This document shows positions 39,301 to 48,500 of a stretch of DNA of 64,000 nucleotides, one piece after another. This DNA comes from Salinivirgaceae bacterium (lineage in GTDB: Bacteria; Bacteroidota; Bacteroidia; Bacteroidales; SZUA-534). The notes beneath the pieces were generated by a model, which worked only from the letters and a program-made list of their open reading frames with translations, was not told the origin of the DNA and made no database searches. How positions within the stretch are numbered: the first letter of the stretch is position 1; every line of letters starts with the position of its first letter. Made by a program: the position numbers and the translations under genes. The DNA is taken from positions 140,615 to 204,614 of the forward strand of contig JAGCNL010000031.1 in NCBI GenBank assembly GCA_017645945.1. Reading direction: 5' to 3'.

Positions 39301-42300
39301 TGACAACAATAGTAAAATCATGTGTGCCGTTGCCAAAGATGGAGACAAGGTCATTGATGGTACTTTCACATACGATATACCTGCACTTAACGCTGGCGAA
39401 CAAACAGTTAAATTAATTGGTTTTGAGAGCACAAACTATGAGATTTCAACTCTTCCAATAGAAAAAACAATCACTGTTGACCCGATACCCGTCTCAATTT
39501 CGTGGACTCAACCAAAAGCTATTGCTGAAGGAACTGCCATCTCTAATCTTCAACTTGGAGCGTTCTGTGCCATTGGAGGAACCATCTCATACCAAAAAGT
39601 TTACAATGAAGATACAACATCTATCGAAGTTGGTGATGTGTTGCCTGTTGGAAAATATAAGTTGAGAGCGACGTTTATGCCTTCTGCAGAAAACAGCAAC
39701 TATGCCGAAGCCTTCAAAGAAGTCGATTTAGCAGTAAAGGCTATTCCGACAATCACATGGAGTAAGCCTGATGACATCGCTAATGGTACAGCTCTGTCGG
39801 AAACTCAATTGAATGCATCTGTTTCTCCTGCATCAGCTGGAACAATCAAATACTCACTTGACAAAGCTGGCAATACCCCTGCTCTTGGTGCAGTGCTTTC
39901 AATAGGTATACATCCGCTCTGGGCTACAATTGACGAATCAGAGGACTATATGGGGGCACAAAAAAGCGTTTCAATTGAAGTTGTAGAAAATCCTATTGTG
40001 TTCGATTGGACTCCGCAAGGTTTCACCTATGGCGCTTCTGAAGAAGAAATTCAAACCAAAATCAAAAATGCTACCGCAACACAAGGTGGAGCAACTTTAA
40101 GCGGTTTAGTATACACTATTCCCGAGGAACTCAATGCGGGTAAGCAAATTGTATCTGTAACAGTTAATGGCGTTTCAGCCGAAAGAACTATTACCGTTTC
40201 ACAAGCCACCCCAGAAATCACTTGGGGCACACCAGCCGACATCACCGTTGGAACCGCCCTTTCAACTGAAACACAATTGAAGGCTGAGGCTAAATATAAC
40301 AACGAAGTTGTCGCTGGCACTTACGCCTATACTTACAAAGGCAAAGATGCTGATGGCGCAATTCCTACTGTAGGTAATAACCAAACGATTTCGGTAACCT
40401 TCACTCCGACAAGCAAGAATTACACTTCGGCTTCAGCTTTGGTGAAAATCAATGTCACCAAAGCCACTCCAGTTGTAACATGGGACGACATTGAGCCGAT
40501 TACTTATGGTACCAAATTGTGGACAAAACAACTGAACGCCTCAATAGAAAAAGGTGAAGGTAGTATCGACTACACCTTAGCTGATGGCACCAATGCTACA
40601 AATGCACTTCTTGATGCTGGAACTCATGAAATTACCGCCACTCTTGAACAATCACCAAATTACAGTGAGTGGACAATGACCAAAACCATCCTCGTCAACC
40701 AAGCTGAGCCTGTCATCACATGGGAGCTGGGAGAAGTTGCTTGGGGCGCATCGGAAGAAGAGATTGAAAACAATGTGAAGAATGCTGTGGCGAAAGACGC
40801 GAAAGGTAATGTGCTTGAGGGCAATTTCACATACGTCATTCCTGAACTCAATGCTGTTGGCGAGGTTGAGGTTAGCGTATCGTTCGAAAACAAGAATTAC
40901 AAAACAGCTGCTGCGACAACTAAAAAACTGAATGTCACAAAGGCTTATCCTGTCATCACATGGACTCCGCAAAGTGTCACTTATGGTGCTTCAGTTGCTG
41001 AGATGTTGAGCCTTGACAACGCAGAAGCTTCGTACAACGGTGAAGAAGTGAAAGGTTCGTTTGCGTTCGACAATCTCTCAACTCTGCATGCAGGAACACA
41101 AAACATCAATGTGACGTTCACACCCGAAAATACCGAACTGTTCAATCCTGTTGTGGGAACTGCAGAACTCACTGTTTTGAAAGCCACCCCGACAATCGAA
41201 TGGAATCCGAAGGAGGAAATTGCCTTTGGAACTGCTCTCAACGACGATGTTTTGAATGCAAAGGCAAATGTTGATGGAACATTCAAATATGAACCGACAG
41301 CTGATTCAGTTCTGAAAGTTGGTTCGCTGAAGATTACAGCCACCTTCACTCCTACTGATGCCGAAAATTACGAGAATGCAACGGCTTCTGTTGAAATCAA
41401 TGTGGTGAAAGCCAATCCGGTAATCACTTGGAACACACCGGAGGACATCACCGTCGGGACAGCTTTAACTGATGCACAGCTGAACGCGAAGGCCAATGTT
41501 GATGGAACCTTTGCTTACACTCCTGACAAAAACTCTGTTTTGGAAGTTGGCGAGCACCAGAAACTCACTGTATTGTTTACTCCGGCTGATGCCGAAAGCT
41601 ATAACAGTGTCAGCGACTCGGTATTCATCAACGTTACCGCCGCTGCTAACGACACCACAACAACGATTGACACTGCTGCTGCAATTGTTTGGGTACCAAG
41701 CGAGATTGTTTACGGCACTCCTGTGGGCGAGACATTCAACGCTGTATCTAAAATCGATGGTAAAATAACCTACTCACTGGCAGCCGACAGCATTCTGGAT
41801 GCTGGTGAATACAAAGTCATTGCAACTCTGTCGCCCGTCAACGGCAACGACACCACAATTGAAAGAATTGTCAAAGTGGCCAAAGCCGAGCTGACAGCTA
41901 CTGCCGCTAACGACACCATCGTGAAAGGCGATACGATGCCGAAGTTTGAAATCAACTACAAAGGTTTTGTTGGCAACGACAACGCAGCCAGCCTGACCAC
42001 TGCTCCTACAGCCACTTGCAGCGCTTCGACCGACTCGGTTGGCTCATTCGAGATTGTGGTTTCGGGTGGCGAGGCCAAGAACTACAACTTTGTACATGTG
42101 AATGGTTTGTTAGTGATTCTGGCGAAAAACGATACCGCTCTTATTCCAATTGACACTGTGCCGCACAACGACACTCTGCCGCACAACGATACTGTTATCG
42201 TGCCAGTCATCACTTGGGTTCCTGCTGTTGACACAATAACATACGGCACACTCATCGATTCAACAATTCTGAATGCGACCGCAAATGTTGAGGGTAAATT

Positions 42301-43006
42301 CAGTTACGCAGCTGTGAAGATTGAAATCCGACCAATCGCCTACATTCCTGAAACAGTATTTACCGGAAATGAACCCGAGGCTGACACTATTTACACAACT
42401 CGCAGTCTGGCTATTGGCGATACATTGAATGCCGGCACGTACGAACTAATTGCAACATTCATTCCTGACGATTCTACTATGAATGCTGTCAATGATACTG
42501 TTATGCTGACTGTCAACAAAGCGGTTCTGACTGTTTCAGTTGCTGATGTAACAATAAATCAAGGAGATGAATTGCCAACGTTTACTATATCATGCAACGG
42601 ATTTGTATTAGGTGAAAACGAAAGCAATTTAGAGTATGCTCTTCAAGCAAAATGCGACGCATCAACCGACGAAGCAGGCACCTACGAGATTATGATTTTG
42701 GGTTGCATATCTAACAATTACGAGTTTGACAAAAAGAATGGCACACTGACCGTTCTCAAGAAAGACGACGATGTTGCCATCAACGAGACTGCCGCTATCT
42801 TCGAAGTGTACCCGAACCCGTCAAATGGAGCATTCTTTGTCAATGCTGGCGACGAGGCACAAGAAGTACGCATCTTCAACTCAACTGGCAAACTTGTGAA
42901 GGTTGAAACCATCGAAGGTGTTACCCGCATCGACATCAGCGAGTATGCCGACGGAATGTACTTTGTCAAACTCGGCAACCAGTCAAAGACTATCATCAAG
43001 CAATAA
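36380..43006 (+). CDS. Giant T9SS-secreted surface protein/adhesin: GLUG-like beta-helix region, long series of MBG/Ig-like repeats, T9SS C-terminal sorting domain
   Basis: Signal MKRRFTLLAIATFLSSTLMAQ. GLUG-type repeats (YVGLFGYIKSAKLQNITI, GGICG, AGGIVG). Many ~80-aa modules carry (I/V)TW..(P/E)..I.YGT.L...QLNA. Two KGF.G.D...L modules (MBG/YGX-like). The C-terminus VYPNPSNGAFFVNAG...MYFVKLGNQSKTIIKQ is a Por/T9SS sorting domain. Confidence 0.85.
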   Translation: MKRRFTLLAIATFLSSTLMAQWNGSDTEEPTIVGGKYQIAKAENLAWIAANPSHWGDSYEQTDDIDLNNKPWTPIGDGTTQFTGSYDGNGYVISNLYYNNLNQNYVGLFGYIKSAKLQNITIASGFVQGSGYTAGVCGGANGVSGNKSEISCCTNNATVYSKNERNAGVCGWAENTTITDCINYGLISGFNFTGGILGHCNKNTVSITRCVNVGQVFGMRYTCGNLVGFNNGSKAILKNCYYDNQINASLGVTTQTGIIETDTDDSEKIEGKATSAMISGELESALGEKWYFEDGLYPRLKIQVGNTSKFSYMNNAIILAATPVKFHNDTDKADNVTEDFVVSTKNSVSWESGESSYLSISKDSIATINFSTAVVLTATKGSYTKKVYLKTNKINATPIGSIDNPLPVANEADLKELRDAVNNYGSYKKCANYDGFKGIYFKQTSHIILESWTESIGIHNSFKGNYNGNNNTIKNINTNGSVNVGGLFSLASYGKIENLTIYGNVSGESFVGGICGSTFKETLENCTSNCTVNVGWNNSYAGGMVGVDKGFSELINCTNNGNVTGGQYCGGIMATSNMETTFDNCENFGTIDCSEGTTATYPGLYVGGICGALSSTSGKCTIINCKNYGKIKAKSTAGGIVGTAMKPSADCEINNCINTGDIEGASPIGGIVGASTKTNVSNCLNLGTINAGGGIAGSIESGYSVYNCFNAGIASNAIASSGEIDSCLNIGKVTSVPAGCHNDSQMSSKSGYNTSDMLGTELQSALGTEKWTFTDGMYPMIKALENSDYMIVAATPVILNEPDDVDGVETAFTYVTGNTVNWVCNKPSFVSFINGTAYLSNPNEDPENVELTVSKGNASKKIAMAIKHVEGTTPTISWVTDLGVIEYGNSFTLSEEQKATISPAEVLSEGRIEYSVTEGTTLNAGSYNISATYIPNAGSSWLTTSTSAHLLVSKKEVPAFTWRPEDKSYPYGNADNNSKIMCAVAKDGDKVIDGTFTYDIPALNAGEQTVKLIGFESTNYEISTLPIEKTITVDPIPVSISWTQPKAIAEGTAISNLQLGAFCAIGGTISYQKVYNEDTTSIEVGDVLPVGKYKLRATFMPSAENSNYAEAFKEVDLAVKAIPTITWSKPDDIANGTALSETQLNASVSPASAGTIKYSLDKAGNTPALGAVLSIGIHPLWATIDESEDYMGAQKSVSIEVVENPIVFDWTPQGFTYGASEEEIQTKIKNATATQGGATLSGLVYTIPEELNAGKQIVSVTVNGVSAERTITVSQATPEITWGTPADITVGTALSTETQLKAEAKYNNEVVAGTYAYTYKGKDADGAIPTVGNNQTISVTFTPTSKNYTSASALVKINVTKATPVVTWDDIEPITYGTKLWTKQLNASIEKGEGSIDYTLADGTNATNALLDAGTHEITATLEQSPNYSEWTMTKTILVNQAEPVITWELGEVAWGASEEEIENNVKNAVAKDAKGNVLEGNFTYVIPELNAVGEVEVSVSFENKNYKTAAATTKKLNVTKAYPVITWTPQSVTYGASVAEMLSLDNAEASYNGEEVKGSFAFDNLSTLHAGTQNINVTFTPENTELFNPVVGTAELTVLKATPTIEWNPKEEIAFGTALNDDVLNAKANVDGTFKYEPTADSVLKVGSLKITATFTPTDAENYENATASVEINVVKANPVITWNTPEDITVGTALTDAQLNAKANVDGTFAYTPDKNSVLEVGEHQKLTVLFTPADAESYNSVSDSVFINVTAAANDTTTTIDTAAAIVWVPSEIVYGTPVGETFNAVSKIDGKITYSLAADSILDAGEYKVIATLSPVNGNDTTIERIVKVAKAELTATAANDTIVKGDTMPKFEINYKGFVGNDNAASLTTAPTATCSASTDSVGSFEIVVSGGEAKNYNFVHVNGLLVILAKNDTALIPIDTVPHNDTLPHNDTVIVPVITWVPAVDTITYGTLIDSTILNATANVEGKFSYAAVKIEIRPIAYIPETVFTGNEPEADTIYTTRSLAIGDTLNAGTYELIATFIPDDSTMNAVNDTVMLTVNKAVLTVSVADVTINQGDELPTFTISCNGFVLGENESNLEYALQAKCDASTDEAGTYEIMILGCISNNYEFDKKNGTLTVLKKDDDVAINETAAIFEVYPNPSNGAFFVNAGDEAQEVRIFNSTGKLVKVETIEGVTRIDISEYADGMYFVKLGNQSKTIIKQ

Positions 43007-43029
43007 CGCAAGTTGAAATATCACAGAAA

Positions 43030-43065
43030 CGGTCAATGTTCAACATTGGCCGTTTTTGTTTTATT
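43030..43065 (+). terminator. Rho-independent terminator of the giant gene
   Basis: 9-bp stem CGGTCAATG/CATTGGCCG (one G-U pair) at 43030-43038 / 43044-43052, then UUUUUGUUUUAUUUU. Confidence 0.7.
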
Positions 43066-43073
43066 TTGCAGAT

Positions 43074-44360
43074 ATGGAAGCCGCGGTAAAATATATTATT
43101 GATTTTCTGCTGAAAGGGAACACCCATTTGGCAACGCGCGTGGGCTACACAAACGACGAGACGCTGTTTCCGAACTATAGCGTTGCCATCGTGCCATCTG
43201 GATTTTTCAATGCTGAAACCTACGGAACCACGGGCTCGGAGCCGCAACTGCCACTCAAAGAAATTGACGGCACCCCTATCCTATTCGGCACTCCTGAAAT
43301 CAAAAGACAAGGCAACATCATCGTTATCCATGCCGACTTGGTTGCAAGCGCTTTTTTTCTGCTTGCGCGATACGAGGAATTCATCCATCCAGCCGACAAC
43401 CGCGACGCACACGGCCGCTACATGGGGAAAAAATCGCTGCCGTACCGCGCAAATTTCATCAACCGACCGATTGTTGACGAATATGGCGACATTCTGCTGA
43501 AATGCCTGTCGGATGCAGGTTGCGAAGTCAAGTTTCCGCCAAAAGCCTTCAATAGCATCTGGCTGACACACGACATTGATTTTCTGACCAACTATCGGCA
43601 TTTGCGCGGTTTTTTAGGCGGCATAAAGCGTAATTTATTGTCGCCGAAAGGATTATGCCGAACTGTAAAATCGGTTTTCAGTTTGGAGAACGACCCTGCG
43701 TTCACATTCCCCTGGATTTTGGAACAAGACTGCAAAGTGGCTGACGCTCAACAAATTTACTTTATAAAATCGGCTGTTGCCCAAGCCGCTGCCGACTATC
43801 CTGGCTACAATCTGAACGGAAAAGACTTCAAAAAACTTTCGCAACTGCTGAAGAAAAACAACTGTAAACTCGGTCTGCATACCAGTTACAATTCGGCTAA
43901 CCATCTGGAATACATCAAGATGGAGAAGGCAAAATTGGAGCAAAGTTTGGGGATGACTGTAACCGCCAGCAGATGGCACTTTCTTCGAACCACACAACCA
44001 TTTGATTATAAAGAACTTCTATCAGCAGGAATAACCAACGATTTCACAATGGGTTACGCCGACACGGCTGGTTTCCGTTTGGGGACATCGCGTGCTGTGC
44101 GCTGGATAAATCCTGAAAATCTTGAAGTTACAAATCTAACATTGCATCCGCTCACGGCTATGGACTGCACGTTCAGCAATCAGGAATACATGAATTTGTC
44201 GGAAGCCGAAGCCGAAGAAAAAATTGTAGGGCTGCTGAATCAGATAAAAAAACATAACGGCGAAGTGGTACTTTTGTGGCACAACACCGTTTTTTCAGAA
44301 TTAGACGGGTGCTATCATAAATCGTTATATACCAATATCATAAAAGAATTGGCAAGATGA
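43074..44360 (+). CDS. Polysaccharide deacetylase-like protein
   Basis: The track start at 43056 is TTG inside the terminator U-tract, so I use ATG 43074. WLTHDIDF and LGLHTSY blocks resemble CE4-like or related deacetylases. Confidence 0.55.
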   Translation: MEAAVKYIIDFLLKGNTHLATRVGYTNDETLFPNYSVAIVPSGFFNAETYGTTGSEPQLPLKEIDGTPILFGTPEIKRQGNIIVIHADLVASAFFLLARYEEFIHPADNRDAHGRYMGKKSLPYRANFINRPIVDEYGDILLKCLSDAGCEVKFPPKAFNSIWLTHDIDFLTNYRHLRGFLGGIKRNLLSPKGLCRTVKSVFSLENDPAFTFPWILEQDCKVADAQQIYFIKSAVAQAAADYPGYNLNGKDFKKLSQLLKKNNCKLGLHTSYNSANHLEYIKMEKAKLEQSLGMTVTASRWHFLRTTQPFDYKELLSAGITNDFTMGYADTAGFRLGTSRAVRWINPENLEVTNLTLHPLTAMDCTFSNQEYMNLSEAEAEEKIVGLLNQIKKHNGEVVLLWHNTVFSELDGCYHKSLYTNIIKELAR

Positions 44361-45445
44361 GGATTCTCACTATCATCGGGGCAAGGCCACAATTCATCAA
44401 AGCCGCAGCCGTCAGCCGCGCCATAAATGCGCACAACAAAAGCGGAGGCTGCCGCATCGACGAACTGATTCTGCACACAGGCCAGCATTACGACCACAAT
44501 ATGAGCCAGATATTCTTCGACGACCTTGCGATTCCGAAACCCGCTTGGCAACTTAACTGCAGCGCCATGATGCCCGAACCGATGTCGGAAGAAATCATTG
44601 CAACAGTGAGAAGTGAAAAGTTTGATTGCGTGCTGCTTTACGGCGACACCTATTCAACTCTTGCTGGCGCGTTAGCCGCTGAAAATCTGCAAATTCCAGT
44701 CGCTCACATCGAGGCGGGGCTGCGCAGTTTCAACAACGCCATGCCCGAGGAGCACAACCGCATTGAAACCGACCGACGGGCCGAGTGGTTGTTCTGCCCC
44801 ACACACACTGCCGTCGAAAATCTTGCCAACGAAGGCCGTGAAAAAAATGTTTTTTTGGTTGGTGACGTGATGTACGACGCCGCGCTCATGTTTGCAGGCA
44901 TTGCCAGCAGAAAATCGGACATTCTTACACAACTAAACCTTCAGGACAAAGGATTTTATCTGGCGACAATCCACCGCGCAGAAAATACAAACATTGAGAA
45001 ACTAACAGAAATATTTTCAGCACTTTCCGACATTGCAACAACCGAAACGCCAATCGTTCTGCCGCTGCATCCACGCACGCGAAATGTGATTGACAGTGAT
45101 GCGTGTCTGAAAGCGCAAGCATTCGGTAACACCGCGATAAAAATCATTGAACCAGCCAATTACTTGGATATGATTATGTTGGAAAAAAGCGCAAAACTGA
45201 TTCTGACCGATTCGGGCGGCATTCAGAAAGAGGCATACTTCCATCAAACGCCATGCGTGACACTGCGCGAAGAGACCGAATGGGTTGAAACCGTGACCGC
45301 AGGCTGGAACAAGATTGTGGGAACCGATGCCGAAAAAATCAAAACGGCCATAAACTCGCCATTCGCCAAACAGGCGATAACCGATTATGGTTCAGGCGAT
45401 AGCGCACAAAAAATCATCGAGATACTATGCAACGGAAACTATTGA
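44357..45445 (+). CDS. wecB: UDP-N-acetylglucosamine 2-epimerase (non-hydrolysing)
   Basis: MRILTIIGARPQFIKAAAVSRAI, HTGQHYDHNMSQIFFDDLAIP, GDTYSTLAGALAA and DSGGIQKEAYF. Confidence 0.9.
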   Translation: MRILTIIGARPQFIKAAAVSRAINAHNKSGGCRIDELILHTGQHYDHNMSQIFFDDLAIPKPAWQLNCSAMMPEPMSEEIIATVRSEKFDCVLLYGDTYSTLAGALAAENLQIPVAHIEAGLRSFNNAMPEEHNRIETDRRAEWLFCPTHTAVENLANEGREKNVFLVGDVMYDAALMFAGIASRKSDILTQLNLQDKGFYLATIHRAENTNIEKLTEIFSALSDIATTETPIVLPLHPRTRNVIDSDACLKAQAFGNTAIKIIEPANYLDMIMLEKSAKLILTDSGGIQKEAYFHQTPCVTLREETEWVETVTAGWNKIVGTDAEKIKTAINSPFAKQAITDYGSGDSAQKIIEILCNGNY

Positions 45446-46629
45446 TAGTGTGCGACGCCTTTCCGCCTGATTTTGCCCCAAGGATTGGCTACCTGTGCAA
45501 ATTCCTCGACGCCGACTACAACGTGACGGTTGTTGCCGAAACGTCTGGCCACCACTCCTGGCCCGTTAGTTTTGAGCGGCCTAATTTCAATTTGCACAAA
45601 TTTACGCTCACATCGACTAATCCACTGATTTGCAACCTTCAAGCCATTGGCGACTATCTGTTTTCGCGCAAAGACCGCAAACTATACAAACTTGCAGTTA
45701 AAACGCTAAAAGACAACCATTTCGACATGGTTTTCTGCACAAGTTACTACATATTCCCGCTCCTCTGCGGCAAAAAACTTGCACAGCATTTCAACATCCC
45801 GCTTTGCATCGATTTACGAGACATCAAGGAACAGGAGGCAAAACCTATTGGTTTACACCGAATTAGGCATTTTTTCCGTTTGCAGTGGCTGAACATTTGG
45901 CGCCGCAATCGAATAATGAAATCGGCCCAATGCGTGACTACCATTTCGCCGTGGCATGTTGAAACACTATCGAATTTCCACAACAATGTCCGCCTTGTGT
46001 ACAACGGCTACGATGACGAGGATTACCGATATAAAGAAACCAAAACAGACTATTTCACAATCACTTACACTGGTCGGATATTGGATTTGAGTTTGCGGAA
46101 TCCGATTCTGCTTTTTGAGGCGGTTCAAGACTTGTGCAAAAACGGAGAGTTTGCCAAAGCGCTAAAAATCAAATGGTTTGTGGATAATGAAAGTATGCGT
46201 CAAATCAACGAGTTGACGGCAAAATATGACTTGACGGCTTATACCGAAATCAGTCCGACAATATCAGCCGAGCGAATGCCCGAAGTGCTGAATAACAGTT
46301 CGATAGTACTGGTTCTGACCAACTTGTCGACACCGAAAGGCCCGCACGGAATCATGACCACAAAATTTTTCGAAGCCCTGGGCTGCGAAAGACCAATTTT
46401 GTGCGTCCGCAGCGACGAGAGTTGCCTTGCCGCTGCCATTGCCGAAACAAATTCAGGAATTGCAGGCCGCAATGTTGAAGAAGTTAAAGGCTTTATTATG
46501 AGTAAATTCCACGAGTGGCAGCAAAATGGTTTCACGCATCAGAATGTCCGACTGAAGGAACAATTCACACGACAAACCCAAGCCGTGCAATTCAAGGAAA
46601 TATTTGATCAAACCATACAGAAGCAATAA
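45427..46629 (+). CDS. Putative glycosyltransferase (GT-B fold)
   Basis: 400 aa; overlaps the end of wecB by 19 nt. KFFEALGCERPIL resembles the GT4 C-terminal motif region. Weak call. Confidence 0.5.
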   Translation: MQRKLLIVCDAFPPDFAPRIGYLCKFLDADYNVTVVAETSGHHSWPVSFERPNFNLHKFTLTSTNPLICNLQAIGDYLFSRKDRKLYKLAVKTLKDNHFDMVFCTSYYIFPLLCGKKLAQHFNIPLCIDLRDIKEQEAKPIGLHRIRHFFRLQWLNIWRRNRIMKSAQCVTTISPWHVETLSNFHNNVRLVYNGYDDEDYRYKETKTDYFTITYTGRILDLSLRNPILLFEAVQDLCKNGEFAKALKIKWFVDNESMRQINELTAKYDLTAYTEISPTISAERMPEVLNNSSIVLVLTNLSTPKGPHGIMTTKFFEALGCERPILCVRSDESCLAAAIAETNSGIAGRNVEEVKGFIMSKFHEWQQNGFTHQNVRLKEQFTRQTQAVQFKEIFDQTIQKQ

Positions 46630-46704
46630 CTCTATCGCATTGTCGGACACATCATTGTTTCTTTTCTGTTGATAAATTGCTGTCGGCAATCAACGCGCGC
46701 CGAT

Positions 46705-46712
46705 TACCTTTG
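46705..46712 (+). promoter_or_regulatory. -7 promoter motif TACCTTTG
   Basis: Exact TAnnTTTG, 16 nt upstream of ATG 46728. Supports the shorter murB start. Confidence 0.4.
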
Positions 46713-46727
46713 CCCAAAACAGCGGAC

Positions 46728-47753
46728 ATGCTACAGATTATTGAAAACGCGAGACTTAAAGATTTGAATTCGTTTGGGTTAGATGTGACGGCCGAACAAC
46801 TTTGCATCTACAATTCACCCGACGACATTCGGCAACTCATCAGCCAGAACGGAGACTTGACCAACAAGCGGATTCTGATTCTTGGCGGTGGCTGCAACAT
46901 CTTGTTTGTCAACAATTTCGATGGCATGATAATCCATCCTGCCAATTCTGGCATCAGCATTGAAAGCGAAACCGACGACTACTGTCTTGTGAAGGCTGGC
47001 GCGGGAACCGTGTGGGACAGCCTTGTGGAATGGGCTGTTGAGCACAATCTGGGCGGAATTGAGAACCTGTCGCTGATTCCAGGAACGGTTGGCGCATCGC
47101 CTGTGCAGAACATTGGCGCGTACGGCCGTGAAGCCAAAGACGCCATTGAAAGCGTGAACGTTGTGAGCCTCTCCGATGGCTCGCTGTCAACCTTGAGCAA
47201 CGCCGACTGCAAGTTCGGCTATCGCGACAGCGTGTTCAAACACGAGTTGAAAGACAAGTATCTGGTTGATTCTGTGGTTTATCGGCTATCGAAAAAGCCG
47301 CAATTTGTGACACACTACGGCAGTTTGAGCGGCGAGATTGAGAAACTGGGCGGGCCATCGTTACGCACTATCCGTCAGGCAATTATCAATATCCGCAACA
47401 GCAAACTACCCGACCCGAAAGTACTGGGCAATGTGGGCAGTTTCTTCAAAAACCCAACTGTGGGCGCCGAAGAAGCCGAAATGCTGATAGCGCAATACCC
47501 CGACATGGTGACTTACCCCGCAGGCGAAGGCCGCGTGAAGATTGCCGCTGGCTGGATGATTGACCACTGCGGGCTGAAAGGCTACACCAACGCAGCCAAA
47601 ACGGCTGGCGTGCACACCAATCAGGCACTGGTGCTTGTCAATCTGGGTGGCGCCACAGGCAAAGACATTGTCGCCGTGGCTCGACACGTGCAAAACTCCG
47701 TGGCTAACGAGTTCGGCATTAAGATAGAGCCTGAAGCAATTATTATTGATTAA
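46728..47753 (+). CDS. murB: UDP-N-acetylenolpyruvoylglucosamine reductase
   Basis: The track ORF starts at TTG 46677; ATG 46728 gives MLQIIENARLKDLNSFGLDV. ILGGGCNILF, GAGTVWDSLVEWAV and GNVGSFFKNP are MurB blocks. Confidence 0.85.
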   Translation: MLQIIENARLKDLNSFGLDVTAEQLCIYNSPDDIRQLISQNGDLTNKRILILGGGCNILFVNNFDGMIIHPANSGISIESETDDYCLVKAGAGTVWDSLVEWAVEHNLGGIENLSLIPGTVGASPVQNIGAYGREAKDAIESVNVVSLSDGSLSTLSNADCKFGYRDSVFKHELKDKYLVDSVVYRLSKKPQFVTHYGSLSGEIEKLGGPSLRTIRQAIINIRNSKLPDPKVLGNVGSFFKNPTVGAEEAEMLIAQYPDMVTYPAGEGRVKIAAGWMIDHCGLKGYTNAAKTAGVHTNQALVLVNLGGATGKDIVAVARHVQNSVANEFGIKIEPEAIIID

Positions 47754-47851
47754 TGAGTAATGAGTAAAGTTTAATGCAGCATCGCTCGTAATTCGTAATT
47801 CATAACTTGCAATTAAATTCCAACACCTAACACCCAATCCCAAACACCTAA
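47751..47851. repeat. Intergenic spacer built of degenerate heptamer tandem repeats
   Basis: TAATGAG x2 (47751-47764). CGTAATT x2 followed by CATAACT (47787-47807). CACCTAA, CACCCAA, TCCCAAA, CACCTAA (47824-47851), ending 4 nt before ATG 47856. Confidence 0.8.
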
Positions 47852-47855
47852 CCCC

Positions 47856-48497
47856 ATGACTTTCACCACCCTAATTGACTACATCGGAACTTTCGCTTTC
47901 GCGATAAGCGGCATCCGTATGGCGGCGGCGAAGAAATTCGACTGGTTTGGAGCATACGTTGTGGGCCTGGTGACGGCTGTGGGCGGCGGCACCCTCCGCG
48001 ACCTTCTGCTCGGTGTTACGCCTTTTTGGATGCTTCAGCCCTCCTATCTGATTGTCACGGGGGTTGCTCTGCTGGTAGTGATAATTTTCGGCAAGCAACT
48101 CATTAAAATGAACACCACAATGTTCCTGTTCGATGCCATCGGGCTTGGACTGTTCACTGTCGTGGGATTCGAAAAGAGTCTTGCGGCAGGCTTCCCAATT
48201 TGGGTGAACATCATCATGGGTACGCTGACGGGCGCCGCTGGCGGCATTCTACGCGACACGCTGATTAACGAGGTGCCGCTCATCTTCCGCAAGGATGTTT
48301 ACGCAACCGCTTGTATATTAGGCGGTTTCATCTTCTTCATTTGTCAAAAAACTGGCATGGGCAATGCCATGTGCGAGATTTTGAGCGCATCATCAGTGAT
48401 ACTGATTCGCATTTGGGCTGTACGGAAAAGCGCCAGCCTACCGCTTATGAAAGATGACACTGCCGACGAAGACGAAGCGCTGAAAGGGCGAAGTTGA
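47856..48497 (+). CDS. Trimeric intracellular cation channel (UPF0126/YadS) family membrane protein
   Basis: Two repeats of the G-rich motif, VGGGTLRDLLLG and AAGGILRDTLIN. Polytopic. Confidence 0.8.
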   Translation: MTFTTLIDYIGTFAFAISGIRMAAAKKFDWFGAYVVGLVTAVGGGTLRDLLLGVTPFWMLQPSYLIVTGVALLVVIIFGKQLIKMNTTMFLFDAIGLGLFTVVGFEKSLAAGFPIWVNIIMGTLTGAAGGILRDTLINEVPLIFRKDVYATACILGGFIFFICQKTGMGNAMCEILSASSVILIRIWAVRKSASLPLMKDDTADEDEALKGRS

Positions 48498-48500
48498 ACG

